DNA from: the human T2T-CHM13v2.0 reference genome, Homo sapiens
NCBI RefSeq assembly: GCF_009914755.1
Contig: NC_060936.1
Length of the DNA stretch: 64,000 nucleotides
Strand: one strand, 5' to 3'
Shown: positions 25,401-40,900 of the stretch, in pieces
How positions within the stretch are numbered: position 1 is the stretch's first letter
Layout of the letters: every line of letters starts with the position of its first letter
Translations under genes and position numbers: made by a program
The notes under the pieces: generated by a model
Database searches by the model: none
Seen by the model: the letters and a program-made list of their open reading frames with translations, nothing else
Told to the model about the DNA's origin: nothing

Positions 25401-27464
25401 TCCAATGGAAAGGAAGAACAAACAAAAATGATTACGTTAACTAAACTTCTTGATGTATGTGAAAATTATAAGAAATTACTCATTCTATGTGAGTTCAACT
25501 TTACTTTTAGGGTACTAAAATAATGTATCGTCTTGAAAGGGACTCTGGTCTGAGCAATGCTGGAGAATCACACAATCTGAATTATAGAATGACAGAAAGA
25601 AGGAAAGGTTCATATGGAATTTTCCCGATTGGCTGGTTTTTCACATGGGAAAGGACCTTGTGTTGAATGAAAGCTTCTTGCACTGAGTGATGGCAAAAAT
25701 TTTGACATTTTACAGATGAGGTGATCTTTGGAACTGCGTATACTGGGAGTGAGGGAAAACTACAAAAGAGAATGATAAAAGCCAGACATTACCTGGAAGA
25801 CTCCTTCCTGGGTCCTGCTCCTGCCTTTTTGCGTGTTAGTTGAATATGCTGCTGAAACCAGGCCTGCCACCATATACCTGCCAAAATAGACCCTTTAACA
25901 ATGCCTTACCTCCTTTTCCAACAAAGAAAAATGCCCTGTGTGAAGTCGGAAGTTGAGGCCAAGCACAAGATACGATATAATAGAATAGTGTGGAATGCCT
26001 GACATATGGAAAACAAAAAAGACCCTGTATTTGTGATTTCCTTCAACAAAGATCTCTTCTCTTCACTAGCTTTTCAGGAAGGTAGCATAATGCAGCAGTT
26101 CAGCATGCAGACCAGGGGCCAGATTGCTTATGCTTGATTCTCATCTCTGCCACTGGCTATCTGTGTGACCTTAGGGACCTTCTCCATGGATAGTACCTGC
26201 TTCAGATGAGAATAAGATGAGTCAGTATATGTAAAGGTTTAGAACAGAACTGTCATATAAGACAAACTCTGTTAAGTTAATGACACATAAATAAAATTTC
26301 AGGATGGATTGAAGATTTTAAGAGATTGTTTTCTTTTTCTACTTGCCTTTTATTCACACTCTAACCTGAAAGTTATGTCCTGTTTAGTTTGGAGCATTCA
26401 AATGCAGGTCATGTCTGTGCAGCATGTATTTACTGTAGAGCCCCTATTTGGTGTGTAAATATTCTCCTTTCAATTTACCCAGTATCTTAGGAAAAGTAAA
26501 TGCTCCACCACAGGGTACAGCCTTGCAGAATTTAAGTAGGCAAATGAATGAAAAGTTTTATTCTAATGTTGGTAGTATAAAATAATGACTTAGTTTAGGA
26601 ACTTTTTCTGAGATAGTTTCAGCCCCTTGAGAACTATTTGATTTGATTCAAGTTGCTCCTTCAAAGGCAATAATTCATCCCTTGCAATTTGCCTTTTTGA
26701 GATTATTTCTCTAATAATTCATGACATGATTTTTTGATGCAGATATATATTAACTTGACAACAAAGTAAAACATGCTATTTGAATCATGAGTGTTTTTAT
26801 TTTTGGAAATAATCCTGTATCTTGTATAGATCCTTTTCTACTACCTGAGAAAATAGGCTGCTTGAAAATAATTTATGTGCCCATTCTTTATAGAATAATG
26901 TCTGAGCTTATCATTTATAAAAGCATTAAATCACCAATATGCAAGCTTCCTTTATAATTATGAGCCTATGGGGGCAAGAAGAGAAAACTGGGGCATGATC
27001 ACATTTGGTGTTTCAGGTTTAAATCTCTTTGGAGCTTTCTTCATCAAAAGATTGGCTTCTTATGAAACATCTTCATTCCTGGAGGCGATTTTCAATAACT
27101 TTTCTAGCATTACTCATCGTCTACGACAATTCAAATCCAACTAGAAACAGAGTATTTAATTCTTTCCATGGGCCAAGAACCATAGAAGTTTGTGCTATCA
27201 AAACACTCTCCAAATAGGTGATTTGTTAACCCTCTGAATGATAAGAACATTATGTGCCTGTCACTGGAAAGTAAAACCACATAGGGAAAGCTGCTGAGAG
27301 ATTACAGGAAATACTGTGAAGGTTTTTTGTTTTTATTCCATGTAGTTGCAAATCTTGACTGCTGCTAGCTGACAATTAAAATGTGGTAGTACCAATGTTA
27401 CATTAACTCGTGCTTAATGATGCCATTGCAAATGCGGTGGTTTAAATGACTCCTTTGTGTATGT

Positions 27465-27735
27465 GTGCTTTTCATTGTGGTAAAAATATACATAACATGA
27501 ATTTAACCATTTTATATTTAAGTGTTCATGTTAGTGGAATTAAGTATATTTACATCATGCAACCATCACCACTATCTATTTCCAAAAGTTTCACTACATC
27601 CTAAAGACTCTGCATCAATGAAACAATAACCTCAGATTTCCTTTGTTCCCACCTCCAACCACTTATACCCTCTATTCTGCTTTCTGTCTTCATAAATTTG
27701 CCCATTTCAGATACCCCATATGAGTAAAATCATAG
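27465..27735 (-). mobile_element. Old L1 (L1MB-like) 3' fragment
   Basis: ttgtggtaaaaatatacataacat...caaccatcaccactatctatttcca, an antisense L1M 3' end motif. Confidence 0.7.
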
Positions 27736-28441
27736 AGGTTTTCAATTTAGAAAAAAAAAAAGCTTTCTGTATTCATTTCTTTGTTTTGTGCTAGAATTTG
27801 TTTTTTCAAATTTAAGTGGGAGGAGAGTGAAATGGGAAGAAACTATCAGAGGCAAGGGAGGAGACAGCACTATGAGGCTTCAAGGGAAAGACTTCTAGGA
27901 AGACAGGCATGGCTTTAGTCAGTAAGCACTGGGAATTTGCTATGGTTCTTTAAAGGTGCAATTTGGAGAGGCTTAACATTTTTTTATTAAAATCTGTACC
28001 ACACAGAAACATAGCAATTAAAATGTACAACTGTTCTGTAAAAATAATTCATCAAAGAAGCTCTAATGTCACCAAATGTTTGTTTACAAAATATGCACTG
28101 TGGACATAATTTGGAGACCAGCTAAGGTATGTGGTGGGATGACACTGACTCCCTATTAACAGGCCGTATTTTAAGTTCTCTAATCAGTATTCACAATAAG
28201 GCTTCAGTAACATACCTGTCTTGTCACAGCAGTTTTATGAAAAAAAGGAAAGGATATATCTTGTGACTATACAGTTTAACTAACTTGTCATAGTCAAATA
28301 AAAGCTTTAATCTTGGTCTTACGAGAAATATTTTCCAAAAAAAAACTATTTTATGGAACAACTTAATAAATATCTTCCTAAAATAATAATATCTATTGCT
28401 GTACAGTGTTGTTTTTTTTTTTTTAAATATTGAGTACTTTG

Positions 28442-28842
<401 letters not shown>

Positions 28843-29898
28843 TCAGTACCAGACAAAATTTGCCTAAGGTTACTTTCATTTGCAGTTTTAAAACCATAAT
28901 TTAGCTCACCCCACAGTTAAATCATGCTAAGCATTCTTAGATGTGGCTCCCAGAATGCAAACTCCATAAAAGCAAGGATATTGTCACTTTGGTTCACTTT
29001 TGTATTTTGCATGCCTAAAACAGGCATGGCACATGGTAAACCTAAATAAATAGTTGTTGATTATTAGCCCTGTAGAGGTCAAGATTCTTCAAACCCCGAG
29101 GCATATACATTCAATTTTTCCATGTTACATCCCTTTAAGCAGCTAGAAGAATCTGTCTTTGCTGGCAAAAGCCTGTTAGCTTGGCACTGGTTCAAGTCCA
29201 AGCTCTACTCAAGCTGAATATCCCTTCAGAATGGCAATTTTTGACATCTCAGTCCATCCAGTGCCATGCCAGGTCCCATAGTTGAGATTTCACCATACCA
29301 ACTGGCTCTGCTCAAAGTTTCACAAATGATCCCCCAGGCACCCACCAATTAAACTGCAAAACCCTACTTGTCTGTACTTCCTGTTGCCTCTCCACTTTTA
29401 TTTCCATACCTCAAGGCTTTTGCCAGAAGCAGGATTTCCCCACAACTGGGTAATCCTCAAAATGCAGTCAGTTAACAACTTCATAACCTTTTTCAAGTAT
29501 TCTAAATGATAAAATCTGCAAAATCTTATCATTATAAAGTAGTTATATTTTATGTGATACGTTAAAATACATATGTAATAATTATGAAACTATTTATCTA
29601 TGTATCATCTAAATTCATGTTACCTACTACCAATTGTATAGATTTTACTTTTTTTGAAAAATATTTAACATCCTTTAACCTGATGCTCTTAAAACCAAAT
29701 TCCAAGACACTGTATTTAACTTAACATTGGTAACAATTAATTCCTAAAACATATCAGGTGTATAGATATTTGGAAGGTTTCTATCTGAAGACCCCTTTAG
29801 TTTGTTGGGATTATATCAGACACATAGTCTTAGTTCACCAACCTTATGAGATCATTCAAACCTCTATCTTTAATGTCACAAAAGATTCCCAATAATAG

Positions 29899-30325
29899 TG
29901 ACATAGTTTGGATATTTGTTCCCACCCAAATTTCATGTTAAAATGTAATCCCTGATCCTGGAAGTGGGGCTTGGTAGGAGCTATTTGGTTTATGGAGGTG
30001 GATCCCTCGTGTCGTGGTTCTGTCTTTGCCATGGTGAATGAGTTCTCTTGAGATCTGGTCATTTAAAAGCATGTGACATCTCTCCTGCCACTCCCACCTC
30101 TCACTCTTGCTCCTATTCCAGCCATGCAAAGTGCTTGCTACCTCTTCACTTCCTGCCATGATTGTATGATTGTAAGCTTCCTGAGGCCTCCCCAGGAGCC
30201 AAGAAGATTCTAGCACCATGCTTCCTGGAAAGCCTGCAGAACTGTAAGCCAATTAAACCTCTTTTCTTTATAAATTACCCAGTCTCAGGTATTTCTTTGA
30301 GGCAATGCAAGAACAGCCTAATACA
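29899..30325 (+). mobile_element. MSTA-type MaLR solo LTR
   Basis: TG...CA termini (tgacatagtttggatatttg ... gaacagcctaataca), ttaaacctcttttctttataaattacccagtctcagg. Confidence 0.9.
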
Positions 30326-30404
30326 AAAAGCCATCTAAAGATTATACTAATCTTATGTCTTATGTGTTACTTCTACTACATATGGACCCCGAACATTCAA
30401 ACTT

Positions 30405-31125
30405 CTCAAAATGGTATAGAGGTTTATCAAAAAACTAAAAATAGAACTACCATACAATCCAGCAATCCCACTTATGGGTATATATCCAAAGGAATTGAAA
30501 TCAGTGTGTCAAAGAAATTTCTGTATTCTCATGTTCATTACAACACTATACATATGGAAGATACGGAATCAACCTAATTTTTCATCAACAGGTAAATAAA
30601 GAAAATGGTATATATACACAAAGCAGTACTACTGAGCCTTAAAAAAGAAGAAAATCTTGTCATCTGTGACAACATGCATGAACCTGGAGGACATTATGGT
30701 AAGTGAAATGCTCCAGACACAGAAAGACAAATACTGCATAGTCTTATTTGTATGTGGAATAAAAAACATTGAATTCATGGAAGTAGAAAGTACAACTGTG
30801 GTTATCAGAGGCTGGGGGTGCAAGTTATGGGGAGGAGGCAATGGAGGGATGTTGGTCAAATGGCACAAAATTTCAATTGGGGACTACGCTTTTGAGCTAT
30901 ATTGCACAGCAGTGTAACTATAGTCAATAATGTATTATATTTTTCAAAATAGCTAAGAGAGTAAATTTCTAGTGTCTCCCAACAAAAGTGAGGTGATAGA
31001 TATGTTAATTCACTTAATTCAATCATTCACATTTTATTCATAGTGAAAACATCACATCATACCACAAAATGTATAGAATTATAATCTATAAATTAAAATA
31101 ATATTAATAAAAATAAAACAAAACT
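30405..31125 (+). mobile_element. L1MA 3' fragment
   Basis: End of ORF2 remnant (TTCMNLEDIMVSEMLQTQKDKYC), 3' UTR and A-rich tail. Confidence 0.88.
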
Positions 31126-31139
31126 TCTAGTGCTCTCCC

Positions 31140-31396
<257 letters not shown>

Positions 31397-32912
31397 AAAT
31401 TGGAACTCATCTTATATTCAATATACTATCAAATTACATTGTATTGATAGTATATTGAAATAATAGACTTGGCTAACAAACTTATACATGAGTGTTTATA
31501 TATTTTTCATAGGATATAAATGCCAAATGGGCTATATTATAGCATTTTATTATAAAGTATAATGAATTGTAATATATTGTAGGGGTTTTCAAACATGCTA
31601 CCCTTTGAGGGTTGAAGGAAAACGTGGCTGATTCTTACCCAAACCTCCTACCACTAAGAAAAGGTCTATAAAGATATAATAGTTCTGAACAGTCATTTCA
31701 TAGTATACATACGAAGAAAGCATATATGAATTTCTCACATTTACAAACATCTCTAAAGGAAGGGATACAATATAAAATAGAATATATAAAAAATGTATAA
31801 AATTACATTTATCATGTCAATTTATTTTTATTTGGCTCTTAGTCAAACTAAAGAAGCAAAATTTTTCTAGTTTCCTAAAGCAAAATTAAGGCTATTGAAT
31901 TTAGATATTTCTTATTTTCTCATTAAGCAATTAATGCTACAAATGTCCTTCTTAGCACTTTCACTGCATCCCACAGATTTTTATATGTTGTCTTTTCATT
32001 TACGTTTAAATACTTCCAATATTTATTAAATTTTCTCTTTAGATATCTTCTCTGACTCAAATGTTACTCAGAAGTGTGTTATCTAATTTCAAATATTTGG
32101 AAATTTGCCAACTATCTTTCTGTTTCATTTCTATTTTAATCCTATTGGGTTTGAGAAAATACTTCGCATGCCATCTAATCTTTTAAACATGTTAAAGCAT
32201 ATTTGATGTTCCAGAATGTGGTCAATCTTGATTAATGTTCCATGTGAGCTTGAGAAGAATGTATACTGTGCTATTGTTGATTGGAGTATTCTATAAATGT
32301 CAATTAGCCCAAGTTGATTGACAGTGATGTTCACCTTAAATATATTCTGATTTTCTGCTTGATGATCTATCAGTTATTAAGAGAGAGGTGTTGAAAGTTT
32401 CTGCTATAATAGTATATTTGTCTATTTCTCCTTTCAATTTTGTCAGCTTTTGCCTCATGTTTTTTTGACACTGTTTTGGGGTATATACACATTTAGAAAA
32501 AATTAAAATGGACTTTATCATTATGTAATGCCCTCGTTTATCCATGATAATTTTCTTGTTCTGAAGTATACTTTGTTAGAAATTAATTCAGCTACCTTAG
32601 CTTTCTTTTGATTATTGTTGGCATTGATATATCTTCATCCATGCCCACACTTTGAACCGATCTATTTATTTTTAAAGTTGGTTTATATTACACAACAAAA
32701 AGTTAGGTCTTGCTTTTTTATCCACTCTGACAATCTGTATTTTAAGTGGTTTTTTGATCATTCATATTGAGAATTATTATTAATATAGTTGGGTTAAGAT
32801 CTAATATGTTTGTAACTTTGTCTTTTTGTTGCCTTTTTTCTTTTTTTTCCTTTCCCACTTTCTCTGGTTTTAAGTGAGCATCTTATATAATTCCATTTAA
32901 TCTCCTGTCTTA

Positions 32913-32914
<2 letters not shown>

Positions 32915-32960
<46 letters not shown>
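32915..32960. repeat. (TA)n microsatellite
   Basis: About 23 perfect dinucleotide units. Confidence 0.97.
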
Positions 32961-32963
<3 letters not shown>

Positions 32964-33496
32964 AATTAATGATTTCCTTAGAGATTTCAATATACATTTT
33001 TAACTAATCTAATTTTCATTCAATAACACTACGACACTTCACTTGTAGTACAGGTTCCTTATAACAGACTATTCTCAAATCCTTCTTCCTCTCCCTATGA
33101 TATTCATTTCATTCATTGCACTTACCCATATGCTATAATCACACAATAACTTGTGCCTATTATTATTTTTAAGGAATGGTTAATTTTAGATCAAATGAAA
33201 ATAAGAAAAGTAAAATATTTTTATCTTTTTTGTTATCTCTGAGGCTTTTCTTTTGTGTATGTAATCAAAGCTTGTGACTCATATAATATTATTTCTGCCT
33301 AAAGAAAAATTTTAACAGTTTTTGCATGCAGGTGTGTTGACCATGGGTTCTTTACATCTTTCTTTGTCTGAGAAAGTCTTTATCTCTCATTCACTTTGAA
33401 GGATAATTATGCTGGATATAGAATTATTGTCTGAGCTTTTTTTTTTTTTCTTTCAACACTTTAAATATTTATCCCACTACATTCTTCCTTGCCTAC

Positions 33497-33843
33497 TCAA
33501 TTAATCCATCCTCAAGGTGCTAATAAAGACATACCTGAGACTGGCTAATTTATAAAGGAAAGAGGTTTAGTGGACTCACAGTTCTACATGGCTGGGGAAG
33601 CCTCAAAATCGTGGTGGAAGACAAAGGAAAAGCAAAGGAACATCTTACATGGCAGTCAAAAGAGCTTGGGCAGGGGAACTCCCATTTATAAAACCATCAG
33701 ATCTCATGAGGCTTATTTACTAACATGGGAACATTACAGGGGAAACTGCCCCCCTGATTCAACTATCTCCACCTGGCCCTGACACGTGGGGATGATTACA
33801 ATTCAAGGTGAGATTTGGGTGGGGACACAGCCAAACCATATCA
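33497..33843 (-). mobile_element. THE1 solo LTR
   Basis: gctaataaagacatacctgagactgg ... gggtggggacacagccaaaccatatca; imperfect 5-bp TSD CCTAC/CCTGC. Confidence 0.92.
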
Positions 33844-35609
33844 CCTGCTTTGGGACAAGAATTCCACTGTACTCTTGTTCCTCTGTAGGTAGGATGCAGC
33901 ATTTTCCTCTGAAATGTTTTAAGATATTTTTTCTTCTCTGTCTTTTATAGGGGGAAGTAGGGGTTCAAAGTTGAATATGATTTGCCTAGATTTGTTTTTG
34001 GTTTTGTTTTGGTATCTATCCTGTCTAGTGTTCTCTGAGCTTCCTGAATTTATGATTTGGTGTCTATCATTAATTTTAGAAGGTTCTCAGATATTATCGT
34101 TTCAAATATTTCTTTCTTCTTCTGGTACTCCAATTATGTGTATGTTACACCTTTAAAATTGTCCACATTTTAAAACTTACTTATTTTTTTCTCCTCAATT
34201 ATTTTTTCTCATTGAATTGCAGGTTAGGAATTTTCTGTAGACCCATTTTCAAGCTCAATGATTCTTTCCCCAGATGTATCTAGTCTACTAATGAGCCTGT
34301 CACAGACATTCATTTCTGTTACAGTGTTTGCAATTTCTAACATTTCTTTTGGATTCTTTTTCAAGGTTTCCATCTCTCTGCTTACATTACCTAACTGTCC
34401 TTGCATGTTGTCTATGTTTTCCAGTAGAGCTTGTAACATTATCATAGTTTTTAAAAAATTTCCTGTCTGATAATTCCAACATATGTGTCATGTCTGAGTT
34501 TGGTTCTGATGCTTACTTGCCTCTTTAGACTTTTTTTTTTTTTGCTTCTGCCTTGTCATTTTTTATTAAAAACTAAGCATTTTTTATTGATTAATAGGAA
34601 TGAAGGTAAATAGGTTTTTAGTGTGAGGATATATGTAAATTTTCTTAGGTTTTGAACTGTATCAATATTTGATTTGGCTTTAAGTGACGACGTTTTCAAT
34701 TCCCCTACTGTCCTTGTTTTGTCTCCCTGCTTGGCCTTGACTTTGCTTAAATACTACTCCTCCAAGAGGGTATGTGCCTCACAAAGCTTACAGCTGTAAT
34801 CCACTGTTAAGCCTAATAAGAAATGGGGGAGATAAATCATTCTCTTCTACAATTAATTCTTAGTTTTACTGGACTTCTCAAGTATGTTTCTCCTGGTATA
34901 GCTTCCTACCTCCTTGATAAAACAGGAAGGCTAAAGGAGCTGGATTGGCAGGAAACCACTACCCTCAGCTAGGATACAACCCTGGTAATGTCTTCTCCGC
35001 TGGATAGTAGTTCTCTGTTACAGAGAAAACTCCAGATTTATTATACAATGACCATCTTCTGCCCATTCCAGAGCCATGAGGGACACTTACTTACATCTTC
35101 AACTTGAGAACTTGGTAAAGTTTCTAAAGGAAAAACCCATGAAAGTGCAGTCTACCCCTAAGACTACAGAACCCAGGAGTTTCTCACTTTCATGTTAGTC
35201 CATATTCAGCTTCCAGCAACCAATCAAAATTACCATTGAAGTGTTTATACCCAGGTTGGACTCCAGTGACTTTTGCTCCAGTTAAGCAGATCTCAGCTGT
35301 GACTCTCCGAATTCACCTATCTATCTATATTTTAGGTGGCATTTTGCCCTGAAACCTAAGTTTTCTGCCTGGAGCCAAGAAAGATTATTTGTATTTCAGT
35401 TTCTTCAGATTTTTTAAATTGTAAGGATGGAAGTTACTTCCAAGTTCTTTACATGCTGTTGCTGAAACCATAAATGCCATTTATTTTAAATTGGTGAACT
35501 TTGTCTTTCTTTTTAGCTTCCAAAATTCTACTGCTATAGTCTGCTTTCCTCTTTTCATTGTTCCTAGGTAGATCAATAGATAGATCATATAGATATAGAT
35601 ACAGATGAT

Positions 35610-37003
35610 ATAGATATAGTGGTGAGAACATGTAATATGAGATCTACTCTCAACAAATTTTTATGTGTACAGTACAGAATTGTTAACTACAGGCACAACA
35701 TTGTAAGCAGATCTCTAGGAATTAATCACCTAGCATAACTGAAACTTATATCTATTGTATAGCAACTTTCCATTTCTGCCTCCAACTGTCTCCAGAAAAC
35801 CACAATTCTACTTTCTATTTCAAAGAATTTGATTACTTTACGCACCTCATATAAATGGAATCAAGCAGTATTTGTCTCTTATGTCTGACCTGTTTCACAT
35901 AGCATAATATTCTCAAGGTTTGTCTATGTTGTTGGATATGGCAGGATTCCCTTCTTTTTTAAAGCTGAATAATATTTCATTGCATGTGTATACCACATTT
36001 TCTTTACCCACTCATCTGTCAATGAGCATTTAGGTTATTTTCACATTCTGTTATTTTAAATAATACTGAAATGAACATAGGAGTGCAAATACAGTACACA
36101 AAGATTCCAATTTCTTCACACGGTTGCCAAAATCTGTTATTTATTTATTTTTTTTTGGCAACAACCACCCTAACAGGTGTGAAGTATTAGGTTGGTGGAA
36201 AAGTTATTGCAGTTTTGCCATTAAACGTAATAACATAACCATAATTTCTTTTGCACCAACCTAATAATATTGTGGTATTGATACAGATTTTCTTGATGAT
36301 TAATGATGTTGAACATCTTTACATGTATCCATTGGCCATTTGTATATTTTCTTTGGGAAATGTCTATTCAAGTCCTTTGCTCATTTTTAAATCTGGTTAT
36401 TTGTTTTCTTACTATTGATTTGGAAGATTTCCTTTTATATTTTTAATATTAACATGTTATCAGGTATGTAGTTTGCAAATATTTTTTCTGACTTCGTAGG
36501 TTGTCCTTTCACTCCATTAATTATTTCCTTAGCTGTGCAGAAGCTTTTTAGTTTTATGTTTTACCACTTGTTCATATTTGCTCTTTTTGCCTGTGCTTTT
36601 TTGTCATATCCCAGAATCATTGTGAAGACATATCATGAAGCTTTTCCCTATGTTTTCTTCAAGACAAGAGTTTCAGGTCTTACATTTAAGTCTTTAAAAA
36701 ATTTTGAGTTGATTTTTGTATACTGTATAAGGTAGTGGGTCTGATTTCATTCTTTTGAATGTGGATACCTAGTTTTTCCAAGGCCAGTTGTTGAAGATAA
36801 TATTTTTCCCCATTCTGTATTCTTGGCACCTTTGTCAAAGATCAATTTAACTTATTTATATGGATTTATTTCTGTACTCTCTATTAGGTTTCATTGGTTT
36901 ATATGTCTGTCTTTATGCCAGTATCATACTATTTTAATTACTGTAGCTTTGTAATGTATTTTGAAATCAGGAAGTGTGATGCCTTCAACTTTGTTCTTTT
37001 TCA
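35610..37003 (-). mobile_element. L1MA 3' fragment
   Basis: Antisense L1 3' UTR and ORF2 (gctgtgcagaagctttttagttt, tactgtagctttgta...gaaatcaggaagtgtgatgcc). Confidence 0.88.
36187..36264. mobile_element. MADE1 (Hsmar1-derived MITE) nested in L1MA
   Basis: TTAGGTTGGTG...CACCAACCTAA inverted termini, 78 bp, TA on both sides. Confidence 0.92.
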
Positions 37004-37197
37004 ATGGCCTGAGGATTCTTCATGTGATATTTGTCTATTATCTCTTCTTTATTCCCATTGGCACTCCCTTGATTGAAGCTCTCTGTCACTATGTCTCGAA
37101 TAAACTATTGTTATAATCTGCCTCCAATGTTATCTTCCCCTAATCCATCATCCATAAAGCTACCAGAGTGACATGTGTGACTTAATAATGTCTTTAT

Positions 37198-37526
<329 letters not shown>

Positions 37527-37778
37527 TTAAAATTCATGAAACACTGCACAAAGATTATAAATAGAGGCTAAACTTTGGATATAACCTTAGGCTTAATGAT
37601 TTTAATTTATCTGACTTCCTGAGCAACTGGAAGATCTCACAATGACCCAATAGTTATCTATTTATTTGCCTAAAAATGTTCCTACTCTTAAAAAAACCTT
37701 AATTCACATTTACTCATTTTTTATTACTCATCTGATCTCTGTAAGCATTAAAATTTGAGATTCCCATTCTATATGATT

Positions 37779-37989
37779 CAGTGCTATTCAATAGAACTTT
37801 CTCCAGTAATGGAAGTGATTGATATTTTACTGTCCCAAATGTGGTCACTTGCCACATGTTGCTGTGGAGCACCTAAAATGTGATTAAGGTGACTGCAAAA
37901 TTAAGTGTTTTATTATATTTAATTTTAATTAATTAACATTTAAATTTGAGTGGCTACATGTGGTTAGTGGTTCTTATTGGACAATACTG
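37779..37989. mobile_element. MER3-like hAT MITE
   Basis: Termini cagtgctattcaatagaac ... gttcttattggacaatactg, about 210 bp, AT-rich core. Confidence 0.75.
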
Positions 37990-40900
37990 AAACAAACCAC
38001 ACTACTTGGAATATGTGATTAATGTTAGAGTTTGCTTAGGTCTTTGGTCTTATTTTTTACTATGTTCTTCTATGTCGTACATAACTCACTGGTCATAGTG
38101 AACCACCTGAAATGTCCCAAATGCATCACAGTTTTATACTTCCTCCTAGCTCATGTTTTTCTCTTCCATCAATTAATGAAATTCACTTAGGCTTTAATAC
38201 TCATTTAAAAATAACTTCTCTATAAAGACTAAATTGATATTTGTCATTGTCTTGATCTTTACAAGTAGCTGTTACTCCTTTTTGTCATTTACACCATCAG
38301 GTACTTAACACAGAATTGTCTCAAATCAACTATGACATTCCATTGTGTTTGTTTTTTCATATGTCTCTCTCTTATTAAAAGAGAGTGCACTTAATACGCT
38401 TCTCAAGAATAAAGATAATGCACTATTACCTTTGTAACCTAGCACAGTGGGTACTCTATATGTACTAAATAAGTATATGTGGAATAAACCAACACATAGA
38501 CAGTTAGGACTCTGATGCAAATCAATTTGAAAACTGGTTACATGATCTTACCAATATCTATTCTAAAAAAAATAACTCCATTAAATAAGAGCCATATTAT
38601 CAGAGTCTCTAAAACTTTGATAGAGAACAGTATCTCTTTCAGTTTATAGGATATATAAAAATAAAATTTGAAATTAGTTGTGTTGATGCAGAGATATGAT
38701 CATAGTTTCCTTTAAATTCCACCAGTGTATCTCTATGACTATATATATGAGAGATTATTTGGAGATCATAGTAAAAGTTGAGATTTGGGAAACTGTGAAT
38801 CTCAAATTCAGTGTTAAATGTTCCTACTACACCTTGCCTCCATGGTAGACCTTGATTATCATATATGGAAACATAAAGGAAAAGGAATATATTAATCTTT
38901 GCACATGTATAATTTTTACTTTTTGAAACTTTTATAGGTTTTAGTGAGAGAATATAAGAATAGATAGGTTCAGATATTTCTTAACACTGTTTTGAACAAT
39001 TGTCATTTTAATCTAAGATTTCCAAAATTTCTTATCATTTGATTGCCTTTTTACCCCTCATTGTTTTTTGTATGTAATTATTGATTAAAAAACCTGGTTG
39101 TTTGCTAAAAGAAATTCATTTTCCCATAATGTTGCATGGAATATAGAGCTATGAATCATAAAGACACATAATTTATGTATTTGGAGGAATGCATTACTGC
39201 ATGTTTTCACTTGTATTAAATTATACCCCGAAGATAACTGTAAATATTATTCAAGCTGCTTTTTTCTGGTTGACATGAAAACACAAAATTCCTTGATTTA
39301 TAGTGTGGATGAAGATTAGCATTCAGAAGTAATTTTTATTCTTAAGAAAAAAATAGCTTGCAGAAAGTAATTCATTTGTTTTAAGAGAATTTCCATCTAT
39401 GAACATAAGAAATTGCAATAGCCATAAAACAGCTCTGCCAGACACTTAATTAAGTTTACTGTTATGGAAATTAATTTCTTTAGGGCCTAATTATTCTCAC
39501 ATTCATGCATTTAAAGCAAAATCTGTTGACAGCTACATATTCTACATGGCATGGTTAACATTATCAATGAGGATAATATTCATTAATCACTCAAGATTAT
39601 TAAATCTGATTTTGTATCTGTTTCCTCACTCTCTTTTAACCACTGCAAATATGTGTACATTGGTTTTACAAGGCTAATGAGGTACAGCTACTCTGATAAA
39701 GCAGAAATTTTCTAGGTAAATTCTTTATGGGAGGGGGCAGGACTTGGGCATTTGTTATTGTTATAACAAATGCCTAAAATATTGGGTATTGAATTTGGGA
39801 CTAAATGGTGGTAGCCAAGAAAACAGATTCTTTAAAAGGCTCACAAATGGAAGGGATAATAATACAGGAAGCTAGAAAAATGGCAAACTATGCTACCCAC
39901 TTATAATAAAAATTTACTGCTATAAATTGGAAGATAGTAAATGGACTCAATGAACTTACAGATTTGGGAAGATGACTTCCAGGCAAAATGTTGAAGCAAG
40001 AACTAATGGCTTTATGCAGCTTATGATTAGTTACTACAAGAAAGATGGTCTTTTGTGTTAATCAGACCTGAATATGAATCATAGTTTCACTGCTTCACAG
40101 GTGAGGCACTATGAGCAAGTTTTCCTCTCTGAGACTTGGTTTGTAAAATTATGCTTAAAATAAAGAAAATAATAACCCCCATCCCAGAGAATTATTGTTC
40201 GGCTTTCACATTTAGATAGGTGTGCCTAGCACCTGAAATATCATAATTCATTAATAGTCCCAAAAGCCACAGTATGTTAAATGAATGAATATACTTCAAT
40301 ATGATCGCATGTAGCCTTTACAGTGAAATAGAATAGAAGAATCTATTAAGCCCCACCAAAACCTCCACAAACTACAATGTACTGTCCATGAGGGCAGAAA
40401 CATGTTCTGCCTTGTTTATTGCTCTATCCCAGGCTCAAAATGATGTACATAATAGACACTCAATACACATATAAACATTGGGTAAGTGAATCAGAGAAAA
40501 TTTTAATTTCTAGAATTAGAAAAAAGGGGACTGGTGGGACCATCTTTTTGCTTGAAGATGGCTCACGTAATTGCATTTGCCTACGTTGAGTTAATTGCAG
40601 AGACTGTGGCCACCTGAAAGAGACATGTTTTCTAAAAGAGTCACTACTACTCACCTCCAACACTCTGGCACTGTTTTAAAATAACAAACAAAAAAAAATC
40701 TGAATTTTTATAGACAATCTACCAACTTAAAATATTTGCTTAAAATTCTTGGGGTACACTTGAAAGTCTAAACAAAACATAACACTGGGAACATATGCCA
40801 CATAGTCCATCAGTTTGCAATGTCTGAACTTTGCCTTTGACTTTATATTACAATCATTTTTATATTCTCAGCATGGCGTATATACTATTACAAGTGTGCA

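Larger units (their letters stand above)
31860..35465 (-). mobile_element. Old L1M element (5' region, ORF1 and ORF2 endonuclease remnants), interrupted by THE1
   Basis: Remnants GHYIMIK, IDIYRIL...YTFFSSSHGT..KIDHIL (endonuclease) and REMETLKKNPKEMLEI...LISRLDT (ORF1 coiled coil). Confidence 0.85.
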
